Assembly (NCBI GenBank): GCA_947445225.1
Contig: CANFCX010000001.1
Coordinates: 24,189 to 88,188, forward strand
Source of the DNA: Rhodospirillales bacterium
GTDB lineage: Bacteria; Pseudomonadota; Alphaproteobacteria; CACIAM-22H2
Reading direction: 5' to 3'
DNA: 64,000 nt
The position numbers and the translations under genes are program-made. The stretch's first letter is position 1, and the number at the start of each line of letters is the position of its first letter. This document shows positions 29,157 through 38,958 of the stretch, one piece after another. The notes below the pieces were generated by a model. It was not told where the DNA came from. It did not search any database and saw only the letters and a program-made list of their open reading frames with translations.

Positions 29157-31295
29157 TTACCGAACCGGCCGGGGTTGGGCGATGCCGCCGAATTCCAGGT
29201 CGACGAGGGCCTGGAATTTGCGGCGGATTTCCTGGGTCAGGTCGCGCGCCTGTTCCGGGTTGCGGACGATGCGCGGGGTGAGCAGCACGATGAGTTCCGT
29301 GCGGCTGGCGCTTTCGTTCTTGGCGCCGAACAATGCGCCCACCACTGGAATCTGATGCAGGAAGGGGATGCCCGAATCGCCCTTGTCGTTGCGCTCGCGG
29401 ATCAACCCGCCGAGCAGCACGGTCGATCCTGTCTCCACCGCTACGGTTGACAGAATCCGGCGCTGGCTGAAGGTCGGCGAATCGATGTTGGTGACCGTCG
29501 TGCGGCTGACGTCGCTGACCGATTGGATGATGTCGAGGGTCACGATCCCGCTGGCATTGACCCGCGGCGTGACCTCGAGGATAACGCCGGTGTCGCGATA
29601 TTGAACGGTGTTGACGATCAAGGGAGTCGCGGTCACCGCGCTGGTCGCCGTTTGTGTGATGATCGGCACGACGTCGCCGACCTGAAGCCGCGCGATCTGG
29701 TTGTCGAGCACGAGAAGCTGCGGCGACGAAATCACGTTGATCTGGGTGAGCGAAGACAACGCATCGAGAACCGCGCGCGTCTGGCCGCCATTGGTCAGGC
29801 TGAATGCAAAACCCGGCAGGGTCGGCGAGATGCCCGTGGTTAGGGCGCCGGTGGAGAGGATCGTCCGCCCGTTATCGGCGATGCCCAACCCGCCGCTCTG
29901 CAGGAAATATTGCAGCCCGTATCGCAGCGAATTGTTGAGCGTGACTTCGACGATGCTGGCTTCGATCAACACCTGAAGCGGCACGATGTCGAGCTGATTG
30001 AGCACATCCTGGACCAGGGCGTAGTCGCGGCTGGTCGCCGAAATCAGCAAGGCATTGCCGGCCTCGTCCGCGGTCACCCGCACCGGCCCGCGGCCTCCGG
30101 CCACGGCGATCGTGGCCTCCACGCGCGGCCCATCGGAAGGGGCACCGGCCGCCGGCGATAGCCCTTGCGGCTCGTTTGCCGGCGCGTTCACCCGTCCCAG
30201 CGTTTCCTCGCCGTTGCGGCCGAAGATGCCTTGCAGAATCTTGACCAGCTCGGTCGCCTTGGCGTTTTGGACGCGATAGACGAAAAGCTGCGGATCGGCG
30301 GCGTTGCGCGTGCGATCGAGCCGCGTAATCCAGTGGAACGCCTCTTCGACGTAACGCTGTTCGCGCGCCATCACGATCACGGCGTTGAGGCGGTTGACCG
30401 GGATGAAGCGGACCTGGCCCGCCAGCAAGCCCTTTTGCTGGCCGCCGAAGATGTTGTTCAGGTCATTGACCAGAACGTTGACGTCGATGTTATCCACGCT
30501 CGCCAGCAGCATGTTCATGCCGGCGAACTGATCGACATCGAACAAACGGACCGATTCCTGGACCGAGGCAATTTCCTGCGCGTTGCCGGCGACGATGAGA
30601 AGGCCGCGTGATTCGTCCACGATGACGATCCGGCCTTTCGGCACGATCAGTTCCAGCACCTTCTGAAGTTCGGTGGCGGAAATGAATTGCAGCGGGAAGA
30701 CTTGCAGGCTCTGGCCGGCGGGCAACGGCAGGCCGGCCACGCCGGGGCGCGGCGCCACGCCAGGGCGCACGCCCTCGCGCTGCACGACCACGCGGTACAG
30801 CCCGGCGGTCTCGATCAAGGTCGCGCCGCGCGCGTTCAATGCCGCCTCCAAAACCGGCAGCACCGCGTCGCGCGTCAACGGGCGCGCGGTACGCAGGGTG
30901 ACGGTTCCCGATACGTCGGGATCAATCAAGTAGTTGAGGCCCAGTATGTCGCGCAGCACCACGCCGATGACCTCGCGGATATCGGCATCCTCGAAATTCA
31001 GGGTGACGTCGCCGATGGCATTGGGCCGGGGCGTCCTGGGTTCGCCGACCGCGTCCCGGCCGGAAGCCGGGTAGAATTCCTCGATCTTGGCGGCAACCGG
31101 CGTGCGGGTTTGAGACGCCGGCAGCGGCGCCGCGGGCCGCACGGCCGCGATCGGCGGCGGCGGGGCAGGGGCGATCCGTGTCTGCGGCGGCAGGCCGGGC
31201 GGCGTCCCGGCGGCAGGGATGTCCTGGAGCGGGTCGAGGCCACAGCCGGCGAGCAGCAGCAAGACAGCAGCGAATGGACGTGCCGATCGGATCAA
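29157..31295 (-). CDS. gspD: Secretin, GspD-type (type II secretion outer-membrane channel), lipoprotein-type signal, isolated from other gsp genes
   Basis: 712 aa; N-terminal MIRSARPFAAVLLLLAGCG lipobox; N0 domain (VTLNFEDADIREVIGVVLRDILGLNYLIDP..); C-terminal secretin domain (..VVGALFGAKNESASRTELIVLLTPRIV). Confidence 0.85.
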   Translation of the reverse strand: MIRSARPFAAVLLLLAGCGLDPLQDIPAAGTPPGLPPQTRIAPAPPPPIAAVRPAAPLPASQTRTPVAAKIEEFYPASGRDAVGEPRTPRPNAIGDVTLNFEDADIREVIGVVLRDILGLNYLIDPDVSGTVTLRTARPLTRDAVLPVLEAALNARGATLIETAGLYRVVVQREGVRPGVAPRPGVAGLPLPAGQSLQVFPLQFISATELQKVLELIVPKGRIVIVDESRGLLIVAGNAQEIASVQESVRLFDVDQFAGMNMLLASVDNIDVNVLVNDLNNIFGGQQKGLLAGQVRFIPVNRLNAVIVMAREQRYVEEAFHWITRLDRTRNAADPQLFVYRVQNAKATELVKILQGIFGRNGEETLGRVNAPANEPQGLSPAAGAPSDGPRVEATIAVAGGRGPVRVTADEAGNALLISATSRDYALVQDVLNQLDIVPLQVLIEASIVEVTLNNSLRYGLQYFLQSGGLGIADNGRTILSTGALTTGISPTLPGFAFSLTNGGQTRAVLDALSSLTQINVISSPQLLVLDNQIARLQVGDVVPIITQTATSAVTATPLIVNTVQYRDTGVILEVTPRVNASGIVTLDIIQSVSDVSRTTVTNIDSPTFSQRRILSTVAVETGSTVLLGGLIRERNDKGDSGIPFLHQIPVVGALFGAKNESASRTELIVLLTPRIVRNPEQARDLTQEIRRKFQALVDLEFGGIAQPRPVR

Positions 31296-31342
31296 CGGAT
31301 AATCCCCCTGCGCCGATTATAGGTGTGTTGCCGGGAAAACGC

Positions 31343-31714
31343 ATGACGGATTCGTCTTCGGCGCCCGGGCGCGGGCGAATCGCCAGCTATCGCGCGTTCT
31401 GGCCGTTTTATGTGGGCGAGCACCGGCACGCCTGGACGCGGCGGCTGCATTTCATCGGGACCTTGGGCGCGCTCGGCGCGCTGGTCGCGGCGGTGGCTTC
31501 GCGCGAGCCCTGGTTTCTGCTCGCCGCGCCGGTCTGCGGCTACGGCTTCGCCTGGGCCGCGCATGGGCTCATCGAAAAAAACCGGCCGGCGACGTTCCAA
31601 TACCCGCTATGGAGCCTGATCGGCGATTTCCACATGGCCGCGCTGATGGCCGTGGGCAGGATGCAAAGAGAAGTGGACAAGGTTGTGGGGGCCCGTCGGG
31701 CGAAGCCCGACTAG
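31343..31714 (+). CDS. DUF962 (Mpo1-like) membrane protein
   Basis: YRAFWPFYVGEHRHAWTRRLHFIGT..GYGFAWAAHGLIEKNRPATFQYPLWSLIGDFHM typical of DUF962. Confidence 0.6.
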   Translation: MTDSSSAPGRGRIASYRAFWPFYVGEHRHAWTRRLHFIGTLGALGALVAAVASREPWFLLAAPVCGYGFAWAAHGLIEKNRPATFQYPLWSLIGDFHMAALMAVGRMQREVDKVVGARRAKPD

Positions 31715-31770
31715 CTCAGGAATCGGCCGGTTTCGCCGGCAGGGAGGCCCCCACGCCCCCAATAAATCCC
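31684..31770. repeat. ~85-nt MITE-like GC-rich repeat, near-identical to 12769-12831 plus terminal GGCCCCCACGCCCCCAATA hairpin
   Basis: GTGGGGGCCCGTCGGGCGAAGCCCGAC...GGCCGGTTTCGCCGGCAGGGAGGCCCCCAC aligned by eye with the 12769-12831 copy. Confidence 0.6.
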
Positions 31771-31778
31771 TTCGGCGT

Positions 31779-32393
31779 CTAGGTCTTCCGGCGGAGCGGG
31801 CGGATGGGGGCGATGTCGGCGGCTTCGGGCTCACCCCAACGTTTGACCAAACCGAGATCGAGATCGAACTGGTCGAGGATGCGGCCAACCGTTTGGTTGA
31901 CGATGTCGTCCACGGTGGCCGGTTTTGCATAAAAAGCCGGCACCGGCGGCATCACCACCGCGCCCATCTCCGTCACTGCCGCCATGCTCCGCAGATGCCC
32001 CAGATGCAGCGGCGTTTCGCGCACGGCCAACACCAGCCGCCGCCTTTCCTTCAGCGTCACGTCGGCGGCCCGGCTCAACAGGCTCGAGGTCACCCCGGAG
32101 GCGATCTCCGACAAAGTGCGGATCGAACAGGGCACGATCGCCATGCCGAGTGTCTTGAACGAGCCGCTGGCCAGCGACGCGCCGATATCCGTGACCGCAT
32201 GGAAAACCGAGGCGAGGTCGCGCACCTGGGCGACCTTCATCGTCGTTTCATGAGCCAGGGTGATTTCGGCGGAGCGCGACATCACCAAATGTGTCTCGAC
32301 ATCGGTCCCGCGCAGCGCTTCCAGCAGCCGAATCCCGTACACCACGCCGGACGCGCCGCTGATGCCGACCACTAATCTTTTGGAAGAAGCCAT
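31779..32393 (-). CDS. ubiX: Flavin prenyltransferase UbiX
   Basis: ATG at 32393 (MASSKRLVVGISGASGVVYGIRLLEAL...), classic UbiX/Pad1 N-terminus. Confidence 0.9.
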   Translation of the reverse strand: MASSKRLVVGISGASGVVYGIRLLEALRGTDVETHLVMSRSAEITLAHETTMKVAQVRDLASVFHAVTDIGASLASGSFKTLGMAIVPCSIRTLSEIASGVTSSLLSRAADVTLKERRRLVLAVRETPLHLGHLRSMAAVTEMGAVVMPPVPAFYAKPATVDDIVNQTVGRILDQFDLDLGLVKRWGEPEAADIAPIRPLRRKT

Positions 32394-32479
32394 GACGCCC
32401 ATCCTACCGGCGGCCCGGCAAAGCGGCAATGCGAAGCGCGGCCTTGCCTCGCCGGTATGAAAGACGCAACCTATCTCCC

Positions 32480-33103
32480 GTGAGCCCCGATTCGCCCGAA
32501 GCCGAAAACGCCAACGCGGTCCATCGCGAGAAGATGGCGCGGATCAAGGCGGCGCGCGACCGCATGATGGCGACCAAGACCGAACAACGCGGGCTGCTGA
32601 TCGTCCATACCGGCAAGGGCAAGGGCAAATCGACCGCCGCCTTCGGCATGGCCTTGCGCGCCATCGGCCATGGCATGCGAATTGGCATTGTGCAATTCAT
32701 CAAGGGCGCGTGGAATTGCGGCGAGCGCGATGCGTTGGAACATTTCGCCGAGTTGGTGACCATCCGCGCGATGGGGGAAGGCTTCACCTGGGAAACCCAG
32801 GATCGCGAGCGCGACATCGCCGCGGCAGGCCGGGCCTGGGACATGGCGAAATCGATGATCGCCGATGCCGGTTACGACATGGTGATTCTCGACGAGTTGA
32901 ACGTCGCGTTGCGTTATGGCTATCTGCCCCTGGCCGAAGTCCTGGATGTGTTCCGGGCGCGGCCGCCGGGGCAACATGTCGTTGTCACCGGCCGCAACGC
33001 CGCGCCCGAATTGATCGAGCTGGCCGATCTCGTCACCGAAATGACCTTGGTCAAACATCCGTTTCGCGATGGAATCAAGGCGCAGAAGGGGGTCGAGTTT
33101 TGA
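32480..33103 (+). CDS. cobO: Cob(I)yrinic acid a,c-diamide adenosyltransferase (CobO/BtuR)
   Basis: ...LIVHTGKGKGKSTAAFGMALRAIGHGMRIGIVQFIKGAW...HPFRDGIKAQKGVEF conserved CobO; start codon uncertain (GTG 32480 or ATG 32534). Confidence 0.85.
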   Translation: MSPDSPEAENANAVHREKMARIKAARDRMMATKTEQRGLLIVHTGKGKGKSTAAFGMALRAIGHGMRIGIVQFIKGAWNCGERDALEHFAELVTIRAMGEGFTWETQDRERDIAAAGRAWDMAKSMIADAGYDMVILDELNVALRYGYLPLAEVLDVFRARPPGQHVVVTGRNAAPELIELADLVTEMTLVKHPFRDGIKAQKGVEF

Positions 33104-33150
33104 GGCCGCTCGCCGCCATTCACGCCCCTACCCAAAGATTGGAGGCACCC

Positions 33151-33852
33151 ATGCTCCGCGCCGCTGTCCCACAGTGCACACAATCCCGCCGTTCCTTCCT
33201 GACCACTGGGCTGGCCGCAGGAATCGGCGCCGCCGCCTTCGCCGCGCCCGCCCGCGCCGATCAGGCCCTGGTCGATCGCGCCCGACTCACCTTGCAGGCG
33301 CTGCTCGTCGACCGCGACTACGCAAACTTCCAACGCCTATTGCCTTTGGCCCGGGCCACCTTGATCGTGCCCAATCTGTTCAAGGCGGGATTGATCCTGG
33401 GCGCCGAGGGTGGCGATGGTCTTCTCCTCGCCCGCGATCCCGCGCGCGGCTGGAGCCCGCCCGCCTTCTACGCCCTGGGCGGCGGCAGCATTGGCCTGCA
33501 GTTCGGCGTGCAGGACGCCCAGGTCGTGTTGTTGATCATGAATGAAAAGGGGCTGAACGCGCTCACCCGCGATCAGGTCAAGCTAGGCGCCGACATCAGC
33601 ATCGCCGCCGGCCCGGTTGGCGCCGGGCTGGACGCGGCGACGACGACCAATCTGGGTGAGGACATCTATTCTTTCTCCAAGACCCGCGGGCTGTTCGGCG
33701 GCTTGTCGCTCGAAGGCACGGTCATCTATCGCCGCGACGATTTTAACGCCGCCTATTACGGCGCCGGCGCCACGACCCAGACCATCGTCTTCGATCGGCG
33801 TTTCACCAATCCCGGCGCCGCCGCCTTGATCGCCGCCCTGCCGCGAACCTGA
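33151..33852 (+). CDS. Tat-secreted SYLF (DUF500/Ysc84-like) lipid-binding domain protein
   Basis: ATG 33151; twin-arginine motif [20 protein letters not shown]; SYLF-type sequence ([26 protein letters not shown]..). Confidence 0.7.
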   Translation: MLRAAVPQCTQSRRSFLTTGLAAGIGAAAFAAPARADQALVDRARLTLQALLVDRDYANFQRLLPLARATLIVPNLFKAGLILGAEGGDGLLLARDPARGWSPPAFYALGGGSIGLQFGVQDAQVVLLIMNEKGLNALTRDQVKLGADISIAAGPVGAGLDAATTTNLGEDIYSFSKTRGLFGGLSLEGTVIYRRDDFNAAYYGAGATTQTIVFDRRFTNPGAAALIAALPRT

Positions 33853-33857
33853 CCGCC

Positions 33858-35375
33858 GTGAGCCGCGCCGGGGCGACGGATACCGGCATCCGCCGCGACC
33901 GCAAGCGGACCGCCGCCCTGATGATCCAGGGCACCGGCTCGGATGTCGGCAAATCGCTGATCGTCGCCGGGCTGGCCCGCGCCTTCACGCGACGCGGGCT
34001 GCGCGTGCGCCCTTTCAAGCCGCAAAACATGTCCAACAACGCCGCCGTCACCGTAGATGGCGGCGAAATCGGGCGCGCCCAGGCGCTTCAAGCCCGCGCC
34101 TGCGGAATCGCGCCGCATTCCGACATGAACCCGGTGCTGCTCAAGCCGCAATCGGACACCGGCGCGCAAATCGTCGTGCAAGGCCGCGTCCATGGCTGGG
34201 CGAACGCCGCGGAGTATCGAAACCTCAAGCGGACTTTGCTTCCCGCCGTATTGGAAAGCTTCGGCCGGATCGCCGCGGATGCCGATCTGGTCCTGGTCGA
34301 AGGCGCCGGCAGCCCCGCCGAAATCAACCTCCGCGACGGCGACATCGCCAATATGGGTTTTGCGCTGGCCGCCGAAGTTCCGGTCGTTCTTGTCGGCGAC
34401 ATCGAACGCGGCGGCGTGATCGCCAGCCTGGTCGGCACCCATTTGCTGCTGGAACCGGCCGAACGCGCGGCCCTGAAAGGTTTCATCGTCAACAAATTCC
34501 GCGGCGATCCCCGATTATTCGACGACGGCATCCGCGCGATCGTGGAGCGCACGGGCATGGAGTGCCTCGGCGTGGCACCCTATTTCGACGCCGCGTCGGC
34601 GCTGCCGGCCGAGGATTCCGCCAGCCTCGATTCGACCCGGCTCCAGCCCCGGACCGACGGCCGAATCCGAGTCGCCATTCCGCGTTTGCCGCGCATCGCC
34701 AATTTCGACGATCTGGACCCACTCGCGGCCGAAGCGGACGTGTCGGTTGAAATGGTGCCGGCGGGCCGACCCTTGCCCGAAGATGCCGAATTGATCGTGC
34801 TGCCCGGGTCCAAATCCACGCTGTCCGATCTGGCTTTCCTGCGGCGGCAGGGCTGGGACATCGACATCCTCGCCCATGTCCGTCGCGGCGGTGCGGTGAT
34901 CGGCCTTTGCGCCGGTTATCAGATGCTGGGTAAACGTATCGCCGATCCCGACGGTGTGGACGGAAACGCGGGCGAAGCCCCCGGTCTCGGCTTGCTCGCC
35001 GTGGAAACGATCATGGGCAGGGACAAGACGCTGATCGCGGTGAAGGGCGGCGATGGCTTGAGCGGTGCGCCGATCCACGGTTATGAAATGCATGTCGGCG
35101 CCACGACCGGCCCCGATCTTGAACGCCCGATGCTGGTCATCGATGGCAAGCCCCATGGCGCCTCCAGCCGCGATGGCCGCGTCCGCGGCTGTTATATCCA
35201 TGGGTTGCTCGCCTCGGACGATTATCGCGGCAAACTTTTGCGGGGGTTGCGTCCGGGCCGCGACGGCGGCGTCGCTTATGACACGCTGGTTGAAACGACC
35301 CTCGACCGGCTCGCCGATCATTTGGCCGAAGCACTCGATCTCGACCGGCTGCTGACGATAGCCCGGGCGCGGTGA
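33858..35375 (+). CDS. cobQ: Cobyric acid synthase CobQ/CbiP
   Basis: [22 protein letters not shown]... N-terminus and glutamine amidotransferase C-domain; start may be ATG 33921. Confidence 0.9.
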   Translation: MSRAGATDTGIRRDRKRTAALMIQGTGSDVGKSLIVAGLARAFTRRGLRVRPFKPQNMSNNAAVTVDGGEIGRAQALQARACGIAPHSDMNPVLLKPQSDTGAQIVVQGRVHGWANAAEYRNLKRTLLPAVLESFGRIAADADLVLVEGAGSPAEINLRDGDIANMGFALAAEVPVVLVGDIERGGVIASLVGTHLLLEPAERAALKGFIVNKFRGDPRLFDDGIRAIVERTGMECLGVAPYFDAASALPAEDSASLDSTRLQPRTDGRIRVAIPRLPRIANFDDLDPLAAEADVSVEMVPAGRPLPEDAELIVLPGSKSTLSDLAFLRRQGWDIDILAHVRRGGAVIGLCAGYQMLGKRIADPDGVDGNAGEAPGLGLLAVETIMGRDKTLIAVKGGDGLSGAPIHGYEMHVGATTGPDLERPMLVIDGKPHGASSRDGRVRGCYIHGLLASDDYRGKLLRGLRPGRDGGVAYDTLVETTLDRLADHLAEALDLDRLLTIARAR

Positions 35376-36368
35376 TCAGCGTCCGAGGCTGACCCAGGCC
35401 AGACCGGCGACCAGCATGGCGTTGAGCAGGCACGCCGCCACGAACATGTACAGCGACCGGCGGATATCGCCGGCGGTGGCCCGCGCCCGGCCTTCGCCGA
35501 TCCAGCGGTCGTTGACGAATTCACCGGGGTATCGCCGGGGCCCGGCCAAAGCGAGGTCGAGCGCGCCCGCCATCGCCGCCTCCGGCCAGCCGGAATTGAT
35601 CGAGCGATGATGGCCCGAATCGCGCAACGTCGTTTTCAACGCCCGCCAGGGGCTGGCGGTGGGCACGAAAAACGCGGCGAGAATCATCAGCACCGCGCTC
35701 AACCGGGCGGGAACGAGGTTCAGCGCGTCGTCGAGCCGCGCCGCGGTCATGCCGAACGCCCGATACCGCGCGCTGCGATGGCCGATCATGCTGTCGAGCG
35801 TGCTGGCGGTCTTGTAGACGAACAGGCCGGGCAGCCCGGCCAGGGCGTACCAAAATACCGGCGCCACCACGGCGTCGGAGAAATTCTCGGCGCAGGATTC
35901 GATGGCGGCGCGGGCCACGCCGTGTTCATCCAGGCTTTCCGGATCGCGGCCGACGATATGGCGCACGGCGTCCCGCCCGGCGTATAGTCCGCCCTTGTCC
36001 AGGGCCACGGCCACCGCTCGCACGTGATCGAACAGGCTGCGCTGCGCGACCAGGACGGCGACCAGGAAAACTTCGAGCGGCCCACTCCAGACCCGGCCTT
36101 GGCCGATCCATTGGATGAACCAAGCGACCCCGCCAGCCGACCCGCACAACACCAGGACGACGAAGGCGCCGCGCAGCGTTCGGTCGGCGTTGCTGCGGCT
36201 GTCCCGGTTGAGGCGGCGTTCCAGGAATTCGATCGCCCGGCCGACCAGCGCGACCGGGTGCGGCACGAAACGGAACAGTTGCGGCAGATCGCCGAGAACG
36301 GCGTCTATCGCCAACGCCAGCAATAGAATAATGAATGGATCGACGGCGACGATCTCGGCTTCCCCCAT
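35376..36368 (-). CDS. cobD: Adenosylcobinamide-phosphate synthase CobD/CbiB
   Basis: 330-aa C-terminal portion of ORF 35376..37382 from ATG 36368 (MGEAEIVAVDPFIILLLALAIDAVLGDLPQ...), typical CobD; upstream part of the long ORF is antisense to cbiX. Confidence 0.9.
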   Translation of the reverse strand: MGEAEIVAVDPFIILLLALAIDAVLGDLPQLFRFVPHPVALVGRAIEFLERRLNRDSRSNADRTLRGAFVVLVLCGSAGGVAWFIQWIGQGRVWSGPLEVFLVAVLVAQRSLFDHVRAVAVALDKGGLYAGRDAVRHIVGRDPESLDEHGVARAAIESCAENFSDAVVAPVFWYALAGLPGLFVYKTASTLDSMIGHRSARYRAFGMTAARLDDALNLVPARLSAVLMILAAFFVPTASPWRALKTTLRDSGHHRSINSGWPEAAMAGALDLALAGPRRYPGEFVNDRWIGEGRARATAGDIRRSLYMFVAACLLNAMLVAGLAWVSLGR

Positions 36369-36434
36369 GGCCAAAGCATGGGACGCGGAGTCGGGCGCGT
36401 CAATGAGAGCGAAACCAAGGTCGAGGCCGTAACG

Positions 36435-37400
36435 ATGGACGATGTCGCGATTCTGATCTGCGCCCATGGCAGCCGCGATGGCGACGCCATCACCGAACTG
36501 GAGGCGCTGGCCGCCGGCATGAGGCGGCGCCTGCCCCACCGCGAAATCGGCGCGGCCTATCTGGAATTCGCCCGCCCCACCATCCGCGAGGGGCTGGAAG
36601 CGCTGGTCGCGCGCGGCGCCCGCCGCATCCATGCGCTTCCCGCCATGCTGTTCGCCGCCGGCCATGTGAAAAACGACCTGCCTTGGGAGTTGAACAGCTT
36701 CGCCGCCGAGCATAAGGGCGTGGAATTGGCCTATGGCCGCGATCTCGGCATCGACGCCCGTTTGTTGGCGGCGGCGCGCGCCCGCATCGAGGCGGCCGAA
36801 AAAGTGTCGCCGCGCGCGATCGCGCGCAAGGATACCTTGCTGCTGGTCATCGGCCGCGGCACCAACGATCCCGACGCCAACGGCAACATCGCCAAGATCG
36901 CGCGCATGTTGTGGGAAGGCATGGGTTTCGGTTATGCGACGGTCGGCTATAGCGGCGTGGCCCCGCCGCTGACGCCCGACGCCCTGGCTTATGCCCAGCG
37001 GCTCGGCTTCAAGCGGATCGTGGTTTTTCCCTATTTCCTGTTCACCGGGGTGCTGGTGAAGCGGATTTACGCCGCCACCGACGAGGCCGCCGCCGCCCAT
37101 CCCGAAACCGAGATTCTCAAGGCGAGCTATCTCAACGATCACCCCGAGGTACTGGACACCTTCATCGACCATCTGGCCGAAATCGGCCGCGGCGAGAATC
37201 TGATGAATTGCCGGCTGTGCAAATACCGCGAAAGGCTGGTCGGGTACGAAAGTGCCGTGGGAACGCCCCAGGTCGGGCATCATCTCCATGTCCGCGGCAT
37301 TGGCACCGATGCCGATCATCACCACGATCACGATCATGACCACGGCCATGGGCATGGGCATGACCATCACGACCACGGCCACCGGCGCGATTCAAAATAG
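36435..37400 (+). CDS. cbiX: Sirohydrochlorin cobaltochelatase CbiX (long form with His-rich C-terminal tail)
   Basis: MDDVAILICAHGSRDGD...; C-terminal HHHDHDHDHGHGHGHDHHDHGH metal-binding tail. Confidence 0.85.
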   Translation: MDDVAILICAHGSRDGDAITELEALAAGMRRRLPHREIGAAYLEFARPTIREGLEALVARGARRIHALPAMLFAAGHVKNDLPWELNSFAAEHKGVELAYGRDLGIDARLLAAARARIEAAEKVSPRAIARKDTLLLVIGRGTNDPDANGNIAKIARMLWEGMGFGYATVGYSGVAPPLTPDALAYAQRLGFKRIVVFPYFLFTGVLVKRIYAATDEAAAAHPETEILKASYLNDHPEVLDTFIDHLAEIGRGENLMNCRLCKYRERLVGYESAVGTPQVGHHLHVRGIGTDADHHHDHDHDHGHGHGHDHHDHGHRRDSK

Positions 37401-37404
37401 CCGC

Positions 37405-38958
37405 ATGAGGCAGTTCGACGCCTATGTGATGGTCGATTGGAGCGCCGCCTCGAAACCCGTCACCGGAAAAAACAGCATCTGGTATGCGGTCGGGCGGCGC
37501 GGCAAGGCCGGGCCGGACATCGAAACCGTCAATGTCGCGACACGTTCTGCCGCGATCGCGGAAATCAGGCGCCGGCTGATGGATTTCACGGCGCGGAAAC
37601 AATCGGTGTTGGTCGGCTGGGACTTCCCGCACGGTTATCCGCGCGGATTCGCGCGCCGCCTCGGGTTGAGCGGTACACCCTGGCACGAGACCTGGCGTTT
37701 CCTCGCCGAATGCAGCGACCTTCTCGACGGGGACGACAATTCCAATAACCGCTTCGAGATCGCCGCCGCCCTCAACCGCAGCCATTTCAAAGCCGGCTTT
37801 CCGTTTTGGGGCCATCCGGCGGGCCGGGAAATCGTCGGGTTAAAACCCACGAAGACTCCGGAGTTCGGGCCGGGTGAAATCGCGGAAAGGCGACTGATCG
37901 AAACGGCGCCTTATGTCGCCAAGGCGAAATCGGTCTGGCAGCTCGCTTATAACGGCTCCGTCGGCAGCCAAGCGCTTTTGGGCATCCCCTGGGTGCATCG
38001 GTTGCGGCACGATCGCGACCTGGCCCCGCATTCCACGATATGGCCGTTCGAGACCGGGCTGCGCGCCCTGACCCGTCCGGCGCCGGCCGCGCCCTGGATC
38101 GTCCACGCCGAAATCTATCCGTCCCTGTGGTCCTCGCGGATCAAGCCGGGTCCCGGCCAGACCCTGGACGAGGCACAGGTTCGCGCCGTCGTCTCCCTTC
38201 TCGCCGAGCGCGACGAGGCCGGGGCGCTGCCGCGTATGTTCGCCGGCCCCTCCAATTTGAGCGCGACCGAACGGCGGAGCGTGGAACAGGAGGAAGGCTG
38301 GATATTTGGCGTGTCCGGAAAGCTCGACTATGAACGCGATCCCCAAGCCATCTACCGGCGTTCCTTCGCGACCATCGCCGAGGAAACCGATCTCGCGCGC
38401 CTGCCGCGTGACATGGTGGCGATCGCCACCCGCCTTATCCATGCCTGCGGCATGACCGATATCGTCGACGATCTCGCCTGGTCGGCGGACGCCGCGACCG
38501 CCGGGCGCCAAGCGCTCGCGCGCGGAGCCCCGATCCTGGTCGATTCGCGCATGGTCGAAGCCGGCATCATCGCCGCGCGGCTAAAGGGCGGCAACCGCAT
38601 CGTCTGCACATTGCGCGACAAAGGCGTGGACGGGCTCGCGCGCAAACTCGGCACGACACGTTCCGCCGCCGCCGTGGAAAAATGGCGCGCCCGGCTTGCC
38701 GGCGCCGTCGTCGCCATCGGCAACGCGCCCACCGCGCTGTTCCGCCTGCTCGAATTGCTCGACGAAGGGGCCGACCGCCCGGCGGTGATCCTTGGCTTTC
38801 CCGTCGGTTTCGTTGGCGCCGCCGAGGCCAAAGCGGCGCTGGAGGCCGATTCGCGCGGCGTGCCCTTCATTACTTTGCGCGGCCGTCGCGGCGGCAGCGC
38901 CATGGCCGCGGCCGCCGTCAACGCCCTGGCCCGGCCGGAAACCGAGGATGGCGCATGA
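37405..38958 (+). CDS. cobH: Precorrin-8X methylmutase CobH/CbiC with ~330-aa N-terminal domain of unknown function
   Basis: C-terminal ~210 aa (DYERDPQAIYRRSFATIAEETDLARLPRDMVAIATRLIHACGMTD...GFPVGFVGAAEAK) is CobH; N-terminal domain MRQFDAYVMVDWSAASKP... is continuous in frame with no stop. Confidence 0.75.
   Translation: MRQFDAYVMVDWSAASKPVTGKNSIWYAVGRRGKAGPDIETVNVATRSAAIAEIRRRLMDFTARKQSVLVGWDFPHGYPRGFARRLGLSGTPWHETWRFLAECSDLLDGDDNSNNRFEIAAALNRSHFKAGFPFWGHPAGREIVGLKPTKTPEFGPGEIAERRLIETAPYVAKAKSVWQLAYNGSVGSQALLGIPWVHRLRHDRDLAPHSTIWPFETGLRALTRPAPAAPWIVHAEIYPSLWSSRIKPGPGQTLDEAQVRAVVSLLAERDEAGALPRMFAGPSNLSATERRSVEQEEGWIFGVSGKLDYERDPQAIYRRSFATIAEETDLARLPRDMVAIATRLIHACGMTDIVDDLAWSADAATAGRQALARGAPILVDSRMVEAGIIAARLKGGNRIVCTLRDKGVDGLARKLGTTRSAAAVEKWRARLAGAVVAIGNAPTALFRLLELLDEGADRPAVILGFPVGFVGAAEAKAALEADSRGVPFITLRGRRGGSAMAAAAVNALARPETEDGA

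Noticed and set aside
35376-37382. 668-aa minus ORF
   Set aside because: Only the 3' 330 codons (35376-36368) encode CobD. The 5' portion is antisense to cbiX and includes a translated His-rich mirror of the cbiX tail
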